From Utricularia gibba (Eukaryota > Plantae > Magnoliophyta): DNA of 64,000 nucleotides. Each line of letters begins with the position of its first letter. Within the stretch, counting starts at the first letter, position 1. The notes under the pieces were generated by a model. The model did not search any database. It was not told where the DNA came from and saw only the letters and a program-made list of their open reading frames with translations. The stretch covers positions 5,704,001 through 5,768,000 of the forward strand of contig NEEC01000002.1 in assembly GCA_002189035.1 (NCBI GenBank). Direction: 5' to 3'. The translations under genes and the position numbers were made by a program. Below, piece by piece: positions 12,306-24,171 of this stretch.

Positions 12306-13811
12306 CTACACAAGCTCTCCTCTTCTTCCTCTGGTGGAGACAGAGCAAGGAGAAGAAGAACCGTTGGGGTAATGGTGATCAATGAAGACGACCACAACCG
12401 TGATATCATCATGGAAGTGTCTCCTTACGCCTCGATCTATCTTCTTCAGATCTGAGTATCGCAATTCTCGCTTCTTCGCCGCCACTGCGAGGGCTGCTTT
12501 TATGAGTCTCTGCGCAATGCCCTGTTCCATGAGAGGCGTTTCAGTGCATACGATGGGTTTGAGAAACAAGGAGAGGTGACTCACGTTTCGAGGATAGTTG
12601 TTGACAATGTCGACGCCCTCTTGGTTGGTGAGATGCTCCCATAATCCATCAGACGCGAAGATGAGAAACTTGTCACTCAGATTGAGCTTATGTGTGGAGA
12701 TGGATGGTTCTGGTCTGAGAATTGGCTTGTGGAACGGTTCCGGGAGCTGGAATTTCGGTAGGAGGGCGGCTTGTTGAACTCTTGTCTCTTCAAGTATGCA
12801 TCTCCGATAGACCTTGAAACCTGAAACCACCATGGGACAGATACTGGGGATTATATTACATTTCGCAAGGATAAAGACAGAGTCATAGAGCTTCGAAAAA
12901 GGACCTGAATGAGACCCTTTACGCGCCAGACGTTGTGCTTTAGAACCACAATGGTTGGATCCTCAGGATGCAGAGAGCGCAACTCATCTCTGACTGCTTC
13001 ATTATCAGCATTGTGCTCTGTTGATAGTTGAATAGCTGTGACAGTTTTAGAGGAATTTTCGGCCCGGCCTAAAACGACACGGGAGTCTCCAGCATTGGCA
13101 ATGTACAGAAGCCCATCGCATATCAACCCAACCAAGCAGCATGCTCCAACTGAAGCAAGTTTTGGGTTTGCAAGCCACTGTTGCCTCACAAGTGAAAGAA
13201 ATTCCTCCTCTGTAACTAGGAATGCTTTTCTAATAACACTTGCAGAGATTTCTTGACATTCCGAAGCATATTCTGTAACAGTGCATTGTTGAATGAAAAC
13301 TTTGAGGTTTAGCATGAATTTCAGATTCAGTGGAAGCTCACAATGCTAACAATAAATGGACTGAGATATTCTAAAAAGCACTGCAAAATCACTTCCTATC
13401 CATCCAACAAAAAAACAACGGAATTACAAACATAGCATGCTGCATAGTCTGTGAGAATCAAAGCAAATGGATATGGAGCTCATGGGAGTATAAAACCTTA
13501 CTTTTGAGGTTTGGGAATAGGGTCTCGTTTACAAACCGAGAAGCCTCAGGCCCTCCATGCCCATCATACACACCAACAAACGTACCACAAGGCCCTGCAT
13601 CGAGAGAACTCAATGGACCGGATTCAAGTTGACTCTGATCCTCCAGCAAAAAGTTGGCTTGAATCACAGCCATTGAAAATTCCCCATTCACATGATGCCC
13701 TAGATCCTTATACCACAACAAACCATCAACACGGTCCTTTGTATCTCCCACACCACTACAACTCCTCCTTCCTTCACCATTCACCAATGCCTTCCAACAA
13801 TTTTTCACCAT
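12306..13811 (-). CDS. Protein phosphatase 2C, clade D, 4 exons, with an apparent 1-bp deletion in exon 3
   Basis: [54 protein letters not shown]|[33 protein letters not shown]. Exons 13811-13502, 13272-12905, 12820-12585, 12521-12306. The frame breaks at about 12764-12766. Confidence 0.9.
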
Positions 13812-15801
13812 TTCCTTGCTTCAAATTGGTGTACCACACTTCTTCACGTAAAAGAAAATTGTAACAACACAACATCAATGAGCGTGTATATATATTTAGA
13901 CAATGTACAGAGCATTAATGGATATCACCCAAAGGAGCCGGCAGGCAATGCCTTCATTAATCCCAATCCAAAACCCGCCTCTGCCTATGCTCTATGACAA
14001 TCTGAATGCTTAAGATTAAATCCCCACCAGCGTTACAAGTCCAAGACACCATGATTACATATACAACAATAAGAAAGACAAGATACCGAACCAAAAGGGT
14101 GTGGGCAGAATTACCCAGAATATTTAATCCCAAGGACCAGCAGTGTTCAGCAGTTATTTCCTGGCAAGTTCAGAGAAGACGGAGGAGGGGTTGCTCCCAC
14201 CAAGCACTACCTTCAATATCTTCTGTGTTACCTTTCAACAAACAGCCTTAGCCATAAACCATAAGGTCGCAACACTGATGAGCCGGGAAGAAATACAATT
14301 GAAAAAACGATGAAAAGATAACAACTTTGATGAATGAATACCAATAAAAGACGAAGAACAATATATGGGTGGAAGGGGAACGGTGATCGTGGGTTACTTT
14401 TGTAGGCAATGAGGAGAAATCAAGAAGGAAAAAGGGAGTACTGGAGAGAATCAAACTAAATTGTTCCCATTGTTTTTTGTCTTCTGGATTGTCTCCCTGC
14501 GGGTGGCAGAATCACGTCTCCATTCCGCGTTTTCAGTGGAATCAAATGGCTCAGATTTTGCGTTGTATTCCGTTCTTCCAGCCCGCCACCATTTCAGAAA
14601 ATCTCAATATTCTGTAAAATCAGGCCTCACATCTTGTCAAAACCTACCCTCTACACTTTTGATGGTAGTTTTTAATTTAATGGATAAGTATGTTTTGTAA
14701 AAAAAAGTTATTTAATAAAAAATTAAATTTATGTATAATATTATTCACCATAATAGAAAATTGAAAAAAAATTTCTAACATAATGAAATCTACAGTGTAG
14801 ATGTTTCTATTTCATCATTGATAAAGAATTAAATAAAAAATATGTAAATTATCTAATATATAGCAAGAATATCAATTTATTTAATATAAAAAATAATGAA
14901 TTCATTTGATAAAATATGAGAAATTAATTTTTATTAAATATAAATTATTAATTTCATATGTTGGTAATCAATCATATTTAATATTATGGATTAGATACTC
15001 AAATAGTTTTTTTATTTAAACTTTCATTTTCTTGTGAAACACAAATCCAACTAGTTCATTTCATAATGGTAAAACACAATATTAATTTTTTATTTCAATT
15101 ATCTATTATGATTAATTTAGTAATGTTACATATAAATAGAATTATAAATTTTATTTAAAAACAAGAATTTATGTTTTTCAAATCATTCATTTTCATGTAA
15201 ATTAATATTGTCATAGATACTTATAAGGTATTTGATAATATAGTATTGAAAATTTATATTCCAATTTATACATAAATTACTATTCAATTAATTAATATAT
15301 GCATATATGTCAGTCTTAATTCACATATTCATTTTTTTTTAGTATGTAAATAGTATAAACAAATGAAATCAAAGATTAATTATATTTATATTAGGAAATG
15401 TTTTCTCATTTATACTTCTTCAAAAATTATTTTTATCTCTATTTTTACATAGCAAACACTATTTTCGATTGTTATTTAGACCTCTATTCTGATATATTAA
15501 ATACATAATGTGTTATATACCTTACAATTGAATATACATATTTAATTACATTATACTTAAATATATTGATACCCTATAATCAAATGAACTCTTAATGATT
15601 TATCAAATCAATATATATTTTTTTATTCATTCATTGCAGATGCAATACACATGGTAATTTACATTTATAATTATTTATAAATATGAATTTAATTACTAAT
15701 ATTAAGTATTTTTTCACTTGGTAATTATCATTTTTCATTTTAATTAGTAGACATTTGTCAATCACACCAACAACAGCTTAATGAATCTGAAGTTGTTGTG
15801 T

Positions 15802-18536
15802 TCACAGGGCGTACACTTGCTCGGCGTTGCCCTCTTCATTATCAGAACGATGACCGGGAATCGAGTCCCGCGATCGCCGGCTCATCTGCCGCCTGGACGC
15901 GCCGACCCGATGCACTATCACCCAGTAGCACATGGTTCCGATGGTCGTCGCCATGATCGCGGTGGCCACAACGGCGACCGCGTTTGAAAACTTCCGCTCA
16001 TGTCTCCCGGTGTCGACATAGCATATCGACACGAAGGCGACGGAGAGAGAGGCGCAGGCCAACCAGAGCAGCTTGTTGATCACGGCGGTGAGCTGCTTCT
16101 TGGCTTTGTTGTCCACCACCACCACACTCACCTGAACCACCACCACCGCCAGGGATATGAAGAGGGCCACAGAATTGGATACATAGAACACTGTGAACTC
16201 AGTGCTTGGGGAGATAGTCGCCTGCCCGTTGTCTGAATACTGCCCTAACACACACAAGCCACAATTTATTGTGATTAGTATCAATTTCTAGAAGAAATTA
16301 GGGGCGTGTTCTGCAATTTTAATTTGTATTTCAGATTACATAGAATATAATCAGTCTAAGATTGTAAAACGGTTTTGTAAAATAACATAAAATTATATTA
16401 TAAAATTTAGTAAAGTAAAATATGTATTATAAAGTTTAATATATTAAATTATTATATAATTTAATATTATGATATACATGAAAGTAAATAGTTTAATTTT
16501 TCCAAGTAATCTCTTATTTAATCTCTGAAATAGATATTCAATAAGTTTAATAATTTATGAAATTAATTATAAAATCTGAATTTTTGATTTTACTACAAAA
16601 CATTAAATGTTAGAGTATTAAAAAATTAAATAGAATCACTTCAAGAACATGCTCTACATGTTTCGAAATTAACAATTTCTAGTTTTTTTAAAAAATTATA
16701 AATGTTTCTAGATTTTCTTTTATTTTTTTAAAAATCATTCATATTTGGTAATAAACCTATATTATTTATCTAAAAGCAAAAACCATTTTATATAGAGTCT
16801 AATATTCTTTTAAAATTTTCATTTCTTAGCAATATTAAATTAATATTTTTAATGCATAACTATTTTTTTTTATATATAATTCCATTTATAAACGATGTCT
16901 TGACATTGAAAAAAAAACTTATGAATAAGATGAGATGGAGGATATTATGAAAAATTAATTTTGGTAGTAAATTTTATTTTAAATTGATTTAATTCATAAA
17001 AGAAAAATTGGAAATAAAATTTTGAAAAGAAAAAAAATACCTGGGAGAAAAGAGATGGCACTGAAAGCTCCAGCGGCAATAAGAGCAGCCACCATGGTAG
17101 TGGAAGCCATTGCATTGTTGAGGCCTTCAAATTTGATCCTCTTCAATCTTCTGGCAATCCCTCGGACATGAAATCCGGTGCGGCGATTGCGCTCGATTTG
17201 ATCATGCACATCCTGCTTGATATCAATTACTGTTTTATTGAGTTCAACTGTCGAGGCTGGTTGTTGATGATCTTCAGCTGGTGTCAGGAGCTTCGCGCTT
17301 GCAACGTTGTTTTCCTTGAGAAGGTTCACTACCTCCGTCTGATTCGCTTTTTCTGCGGTGTCGTAAGCCGTCTCGCCCAGTTTGTTGATTGCTTCTTTGT
17401 TGAGCGCCTGGTGTTGCAGAAGTGTTTGCACTATCTACACCATTGAAAAGGAAAAGGGGATTATTTATAGTGATTTGGGATACCAGATAGCTCTGATAAC
17501 CTGCCTGGAGGCGGCCTTTACGAGCTGCGACGTGCAATGGTGTGTTCCCCTTGGCATCGACAATGGCAAGCAGTGACTCCCTTTTCGAGATGAGTGCCTC
17601 GACTGCTTCTGTGCTTGTTCCTTTCACGGCCATATGCAGAGGGGTTTGGCCCTTCTTATCACGCCAGAATGCGAGGCTGGCTTGTTTTGCTAACAGGCAC
17701 TTTACCACTTCAACGTGGCCGTTTCTGGCACAGCAATGCAGCGCCGTTTTCCCATTATTTCTTGCCACCGCGGCTAATTTGCCGTTAATGTTCAGCAGCA
17801 AGTTGATCACCTTTAAATTCCCTTGTGCTGCTGCAACATGGAGTGCTTTCTCTGCTGTGGTTATCAGTAGAGGATGAGCTTCCAGTAACACCTTCATCAC
17901 CTCTGCTTACACATGAAAGTGTTTGTTAGAAAAACCGAATTCATAGATGCATGATTTTTAGAATTGGAGGCAAAGACCATATTGTGTTTGTAGATGCATG
18001 ATTTTTCAAGAGTCAAAGGTCACTAAAACACTACCTAAAGTCATGGAACTGTGTTCTGATGCATTAACGCACTCCCTTGAATCCTTGGACTATTTACAGA
18101 AGAAAGAAAATGCAACATACATCATGAATGAATCTGTCTCATGTTGATGATCAGTCTTCATCATGCTTGCCTAAGCTTTGGTGAAGAAAAGGGTTCAAAA
18201 ACGCAAGAAGAAACTAATGAGACAGAAGCATAAGTGAAGCTGACCATGTTCTCCCATCTTGGCAGCAATTTCAAAGGCATCATGGCCATTGTTGGCCCTG
18301 ATACTAACCGAGCCAACATCATAGTGTTCAAGCATCTTCACCACAAGAGCAACATGACCAGTCTCCGCAGCAACATAAAGCGCCGTCTCGCCATAGTGAT
18401 TCAGCTGACAAAGAACTGCCTTCAACTCTTCCTGTCTAGTCGCACTGATCATCTTCTCAAATGCTTCTAAATCACCTCTTCTTGCTGCTAAGTGAAAAGG
18501 AGTGTCATCTTTTTTAGTAATCACTTGCTTCTTCAT
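15802..18536 (-). CDS. Ankyrin repeat, PGG-domain transmembrane protein (At5g02620-like), 4 exons
   Basis: KKDDTPFHLAARRG, GETALYVAAETG, NGKTALHCCARNGH, DKKGQTPLHMAVKG, GLNNA..STTMVAALIA, SNSVALFISLAVVVVQ, INKLLWLAC, C-terminal VYAL. Exons 18536-18245, 17902-17505, 17434-17041, 16244-15802. Confidence 0.92.
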
Positions 18537-19184
18537 CTTGCAGGTTGTGTTAGGTGATCCATGTCTTCATCTTGGAGTAGAGGAAGAAGAAGAAGAAGAG
18601 AAAGAACTTTGTACTTCCCAAGTGAAAACTGATGACTACAACTAACTACCATTTGAAAATGCTATGCATTTAAGTGTAGTGAATTTTCATTTGACTTGAG
18701 AGATCCTCTAGTTGAAAAGGTACATCCACTTGTCTACTTGAAGCTTCAACACTTCAAACTTCACAATAGTGACTTCATTCCAAAGGCACCTACGCAAGAA
18801 CATTTTTTTTAGTGATAATAAATCCACTTTTATGTTTGGCTTAAGAACTTGAAGTAATAAATGGTGATATTTGCACCATGATTGGATTGAAATCTATGAT
18901 CCAGATCATGTCACAGGGGCAAATTCTTGAACATTCAACCTGGCCATGTACCATGTACTAATTAAAAGTGAGCATATAGAGGTAAGTACAAACGCCAGGA
19001 GTCAGCATATGTTCGAAAGAAGTCAAGTGTAATACCAAAAGCAATGAAATTACAACCAAAATATTATACCATGGATATGAATGATTCTATCACCAGAAAT
19101 ACTAATGACTCCTCACCTACCACAGAGTCGAGGAAGTAACACAAAAAGGGCTGCTGATTCCTTTGAGCAAATTTTGTTTCAACT

Positions 19185-19647
19185 TGTCAAGACTGAGTGT
19201 TCGACCAGTCAAAGTTGACCGAGTTTGGGTGTTTGAGACACGTTTCAAGACTATCCACTGCACGTGTCAATCGGGACTTTCATGTGTTGAACAAGTTTCT
19301 GCTAAGCTAGAAGATAATCTTAAAATATTGAAATCAGACTGAGTAATAAAGGCTACACAGTCGTTGGAAGTGGACAAGTCAGTCAGCCCTGGTTTCGCGG
19401 GTTTGTTAAGCTGTTGAGATCTGAAACTTGGTCTCATAACATGGTCTCATTAGATCCTGTTTTTATGTGAAATTTGTTACTTTTGAGTCTATAAAAGCTG
19501 ATGTCCACAGCTTGTGTTTGTATCTCCTCTATTACAATAAACTTTGTTTTTCATTCTCTTACTCTTTCAACTCAAAACCCTCTTTGTTATTGCTGCTTTT
19601 TCCTTGCACGATTTTCTGTTAGAGTTCATCCTATTTTTCATCTAACA
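19185..19647 (+). mobile_element. Solo LTR (463 bp)
   Basis: TGTCAAG...CTAACA termini; flanks CAACT / CAAGT form a 5-bp TSD with one mismatch; internal CTATAAAAG followed by CAATAAA and a T-rich U5-like tail. Confidence 0.55.
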
Positions 19648-19835
19648 CAAGTATAAGACATCCAAATCAGTTGTATTGTTGAAAAACCAGGCTATCAACA
19701 AACGTTGCATCAACTAATTGACATTTCACAAAGAAAATCATCAGTAATCTTAGGCAAATGCAAACTTTCAGAAGTTTGCTAGATGAAGAACACATTGTCA
19801 TGGTGCAGCAAATTGCCAAAGAGCCTTGAGGTTAT

Positions 19836-20150
19836 TGTTACGCCATTTGTATTTTTGTGTTATGGTTGAACCACTGAGTTACTTGCGGGTTATGGTTGTG
19901 ATTTATAGCATGAGTTGTGATTGAACAAATGATCATGTCATTTTGAGCTATTTATATATGACATTTAGTTTTACTCTTTCTATTAGCATCCTCCATATCC
20001 TCTTGTATAAAAATAGACCTGGAATCCAGGGGAGCTGTCGGAACTCGATGTGGTGGAATTGGGTAAGGCTAGGAATTGATTTGGGTCCAAGGGAGGAAAA
20101 GGAGGTGTTGGGCCGAAGGCTTGGGCTGGGCTTTTGGGGAAAGTATAACA
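19836..20150 (-). mobile_element. Possible second LTR remnant
   Basis: TGTTAC...GTATAACA termini; on the minus strand a GCCCA-rich start and an ATATAAATAG TATA-like box. No TSD (GTTAT vs AATGC). Confidence 0.35.
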
Positions 20151-20545
20151 AATGCTAAGAGGTCTTATTTCTAGCAATGAGACAAAGTCGTGCGTCTGTA
20201 GCCTAAGATCATTGATGATATTAAAGTTGTGCCTTTATAATTTATTTTTTTAGTTTTAAAAATAATATTTTAATTATATAAAGAATTTTTATAATTTAAA
20301 ACTATAATTAACAACATAAATAAGATCTGTAATACACACATACATGTCCATACCATGCCATGTTATCCATATAGGTTACAACTCAAATCTTAGGGAGCCA
20401 CGCTAATTACATGTATGGATTAAATTTATAATAGTAATAGCTCATATTACAAAAGTTACAACACTATCATTTGAATGTACAAACAAAGTATAAATGAGTT
20501 ACACAATAAGACCATCATAGACAACATTAATAAGAAAGGCATCAA

Positions 20546-21652
20546 CTAACTAGTTTGCATCTCTAATCCGGATCGGTAAGTTGAACGATCAATGAACCTC
20601 AGATTCAATCCTCGACTTAAAGGCACCACACTCTCTTGGTATTTGTATAAAGGAATAAATTTATAAGGGTTCTTAAGTACCATCATCTTGTTGCTGCTAA
20701 TAGAGCCATCCAACGAAAGCAAGAAATTCTTTCCAATAAGCTCACAGATCGCATTACTGGTGACTTGTGCACAGTGCTCCAATGAAGCTGCTCTTTTTTG
20801 CCTATATATTGGGATTGTAAAAGGCTCCTCCCATGTGCCACTTCCTTCATTCAAAAACCAGACATCCATCCCAAATCTTGTCCAAATTGTGTATCTTCTT
20901 CCTTGCACGCAAAGCCGATCCCCGAAAATGTTCAATAGGTGGTATTTCAATCTTGGCATATTGTACTCAGCTGGAAACGCAATGATCCTGTGAGTTTCAG
21001 TTGCTAGGTCAAAGCAGACAATATCGCACATCCCTGTAATGACATTAGACCTCATCCAATACAGCTTCCCCTTGAGAAACAATGCACTCGGGCCTCCCTT
21101 TATTTCAAGGGGTGCGATTCTCTTCCAACACATTGATCTCAGACTATAAATGTATGTCTCTCTGTGGGAGATGGCTACCAGCTTATGATCTCCACTCGCT
21201 TCATCGAAACCGAACCCATGCACCTGGAACCCGGATGAAGCGTCGATGGGGTAGTCTATTACCTTCATTTCTCTGGTGAACGGATTCCATAAGCAGCACC
21301 GACAAGGATTAGGTCTGAGTACATAGCAAACAATGCCATTGCATGAGCCAATAAATCGATTATATTTGCGGTGAACCATCTTTGGGAATTGCCAGTAAAG
21401 TGGTTTCTGATATTGATTCAATAGCAAGGATTTAAATGAGAAATTCTCAGCAAAGACCTTTATGTGAGGGTAACCCATCATCTTAAAGAATACGTGAGGG
21501 GGAGCCGTTCTTGAAATGGCGTAATGAGCTTTGGTGAAGTAGTGGCTGTCAATCAGAAAAAGCCATGACCTCGAAACGCATCTACACTGGAGGAGACATT
21601 TCACAGGAAGCCACTTCAGGATCTCTGCAAGCAAATCGTGTAAAACATGCAT
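20546..21652 (-). CDS. F-box protein with F-box-associated (FBA) domain, copy 1 (subfamily A), 368 aa
   Basis: Intronless. EILKWLPVKCLLQCRCVSRSW, IGSCNGIVC, LWNPFTRE, GFGFDEASGDHKLV, KGKLYW, IVCFDLATE are CPR1/At3g23880-type FBA motifs. Confidence 0.92.
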   Translation of the reverse strand: MHVLHDLLAEILKWLPVKCLLQCRCVSRSWLFLIDSHYFTKAHYAISRTAPPHVFFKMMGYPHIKVFAENFSFKSLLLNQYQKPLYWQFPKMVHRKYNRFIGSCNGIVCYVLRPNPCRCCLWNPFTREMKVIDYPIDASSGFQVHGFGFDEASGDHKLVAISHRETYIYSLRSMCWKRIAPLEIKGGPSALFLKGKLYWMRSNVITGMCDIVCFDLATETHRIIAFPAEYNMPRLKYHLLNIFGDRLCVQGRRYTIWTRFGMDVWFLNEGSGTWEEPFTIPIYRQKRAASLEHCAQVTSNAICELIGKNFLLSLDGSISSNKMMVLKNPYKFIPLYKYQESVVPLSRGLNLRFIDRSTYRSGLEMQTS

Positions 21653-21744
21653 GGTAGCAACTGCAGCAATAAAAATTGATAATTTGTTATTTAACGTATC
21701 ATAATGCTTTGATAATATATAGGGTGACCAAAAATTAAAAGCAA

Positions 21745-22060
21745 TGAATTCGGTGGCTCGAATTCGATTTTTTTGAATTTTTTGTGTATATTTTGTATGT
21801 AGGTTGTTTAGGTTTTTGAAATTTATTAATAAAGATTGATATTTATTTAATCTTATCTTATATTTGAAATATTATTTCAAGAAAAACGGGAGTGCGTGTC
21901 AAATTCAAGTTTCAATGAAATTTTAGATTTTCAACCTAAAAAGTAATTTGGATTGAAATTGTAGATTTTTGGATTTTTATTTTCAAAATATATTAATTAT
22001 TTTTTATATTTCTGAAAATTTCTCAATTTTTTAATTATCTCTCAAAAATTTCAGGTTTCA
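21745..22060. repeat. Duplicated upstream flank of subfamily A F-box genes (also about 24275-24610 and 32115-32430)
   Basis: Alignable blocks such as GAAATTTATT(A/G)ATAAAGA(T/C)TG(A/C)TATTTATTTAAT lie upstream of copies 1, 2 and 4. The 3' flanks (about 20410, 22925, 30760) also align. Confidence 0.8.
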
Positions 22061-22310
22061 GGCATAGTATTAAATAGTACGATATTGTCTTATTAGTACA
22101 ACCAACTTTCACGGTTTTACGTTTTTACTTTACAAGAAAATTATCTCATATAAGATTAAGAAAATTTATTTATTTAGTGAAACTTATTTTATATTTATAA
22201 TTAATGTGGTATACTGTCTACATATGTTTGTCCTAACATTTTACTTTTCTTAGACACTCAATATTCTTATTAAATGTCATCTCATTCTATCATTGACATG
22301 AGTCAGTTTG

Positions 22311-22350
22311 ACTCTGATACCAACTGTGACGACCTTGCCCACACTCTAAG
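22311..22350 (-). mobile_element. LTR retrotransposon fragment: LTR 3' end plus tRNA-iMet primer-binding site
   Basis: Minus strand reads GGTCGTCACA-GT-TGGTATCAGAGT: the CA end of an LTR, a 2-nt spacer, then the TGGTATCAGAG PBS. Confidence 0.55.
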
Positions 22351-23064
22351 TCGGATTTTCAAGTTTCTACCCTCATAGTAAATGGTTGTCCATGATATGA
22401 TTTAATAAAAAATCCATATAAGAATCAACATGTATTTAACATTAATAAAAAATTTGAATGTGCTCAATGTAATTTAAAGTATATCATTACCAAATTCAAT
22501 ATTGCCATTTGAGAATTATATGAAAAAATGAGAAATGCATTTCAAGATGTAAAACTAGCATTTTATCTCGTGCTACCAACACTGAAACATCTGGTTTCTA
22601 AGTCCATTCTTCAGCATTGTCCTTCAATTATAGTTTAAAATGTGTTTTTTTATAGAAATATTATAGAAATATTAATTATTTTATTATTTATTTTACAAAT
22701 AATTTTATAAAACACATTGATAACAGGAACAGATGAAATTAAAAAAAAGCATTTAATAACGAAAATCAATTTTGTCATAATAAAAAATAATATAGATCCA
22801 TTTTGTCTGATTGTAAAATAATAAATACCAATTCAAATAATGTGGATGCATAATATATTGGTTGAGGATCACTTATGCTACTTGCATGATTATTTTAATT
22901 TGAATTTTAGTGTGTCACGTTAAATACATGTGTATTGAATAAATTTATAATAGTAATACATCATATCACAAAAGACATAACACTATTATTTAAATGTACA
23001 AACAAGTATAAAACAAGTTACATGATAACAAAACCATAGGCAACATTAATCACAAAGGCATCAA

Positions 23065-24171
23065 CTAAATAGTCTGCATCTCTAATCCAGATAGATATGC
23101 CAAACGATCAATGAATCTCAGATTCATTCCTCGAGTCATACGCACCACACTCTCTTGATATTTAAATAAAGGAGTAGAATTATAAGGGTTCTTGAGTACC
23201 ATCATCTTACTCTTACTAATAGAGCCATCCAAGGAAATCAAGAAATCCTTTCCAATAAGCTCAAACATTGCATTATTAGTGACTTGTCTACAATGCTCCA
23301 ATGAAGCTGCTCTACTTCGCCAATATATTGGAATTCTAAAAGGTTCATCCCAAGTACTGTTTACTTCATTAAAAAACCAAACATCTATCTCGTACTTTCT
23401 CCCAATCCTATATCTTCTTCCTTGTACGTAAAGACGATCCCCAAAAATGTTCACTAGTGGGTATTTGAATCTTGATTTGTCGTAATCAGTTGGAAACGCA
23501 ATGACTGAATGAGTCTCGGTTGCAAGGTCGAAGCAGACAATATCATACATTTCTGAAACAACGTTAGATCTCATCCAATAAAGCTTTCCCTTAAGAAATA
23601 ATGCACTCGGGCCTTCCTGCATTTCAAGAGGCGCAATTCTCTTCCAACGCGATGACCTCAGACTGTAAACAAGTGTTTCACTCTGGGAGATAGCTACCAC
23701 CTTGTGGTCTCCGCTTGCCTCATCGAAACCGAACCCGTGCCTAAAGAACCCGGATGCGGTTTCGACGGGGTAGTCCATTAGCTTCATTTCTATGGTGGAT
23801 GGATTCCACAAGCAGCACCAAGAAGGATCAGGTCTGAGTATATAGCACACGATGCCATTGCATGAGCCAACAAAACAATTTTGGTTGCTCTGAAGCATCT
23901 CTGAGACTCTGCAGTGAAGTGGCTTCTGAACTTGACCAAGTAGCAAGCATTTAAATGAGAAATTCTCTACAAAGAACTTCCTGTTAGGGAAAACTTTCGT
24001 CTGAAAGAGTAGGTGCGGAGGAGCTGTTCTTGAAATGGCATAACGAGCTTTGGTGAAGTAATGGCTGTCGATCAGAAAAAGCCATGATGTTGAAACGCAT
24101 CTGCACTGGAGGAGACATTTTATGGGAAGCCACTTCAGGATCTCAACAAGCAAATCGTATGAAATATTCAT
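23065..24171 (-). CDS. F-box/FBA protein, copy 2 (subfamily A), 368 aa
   Basis: Intronless, colinear with copy 1, same motifs and same GLEMQ-type C-terminus. Confidence 0.92.
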   Translation of the reverse strand: MNISYDLLVEILKWLPIKCLLQCRCVSTSWLFLIDSHYFTKARYAISRTAPPHLLFQTKVFPNRKFFVENFSFKCLLLGQVQKPLHCRVSEMLQSNQNCFVGSCNGIVCYILRPDPSWCCLWNPSTIEMKLMDYPVETASGFFRHGFGFDEASGDHKVVAISQSETLVYSLRSSRWKRIAPLEMQEGPSALFLKGKLYWMRSNVVSEMYDIVCFDLATETHSVIAFPTDYDKSRFKYPLVNIFGDRLYVQGRRYRIGRKYEIDVWFFNEVNSTWDEPFRIPIYWRSRAASLEHCRQVTNNAMFELIGKDFLISLDGSISKSKMMVLKNPYNSTPLFKYQESVVRMTRGMNLRFIDRLAYLSGLEMQTI

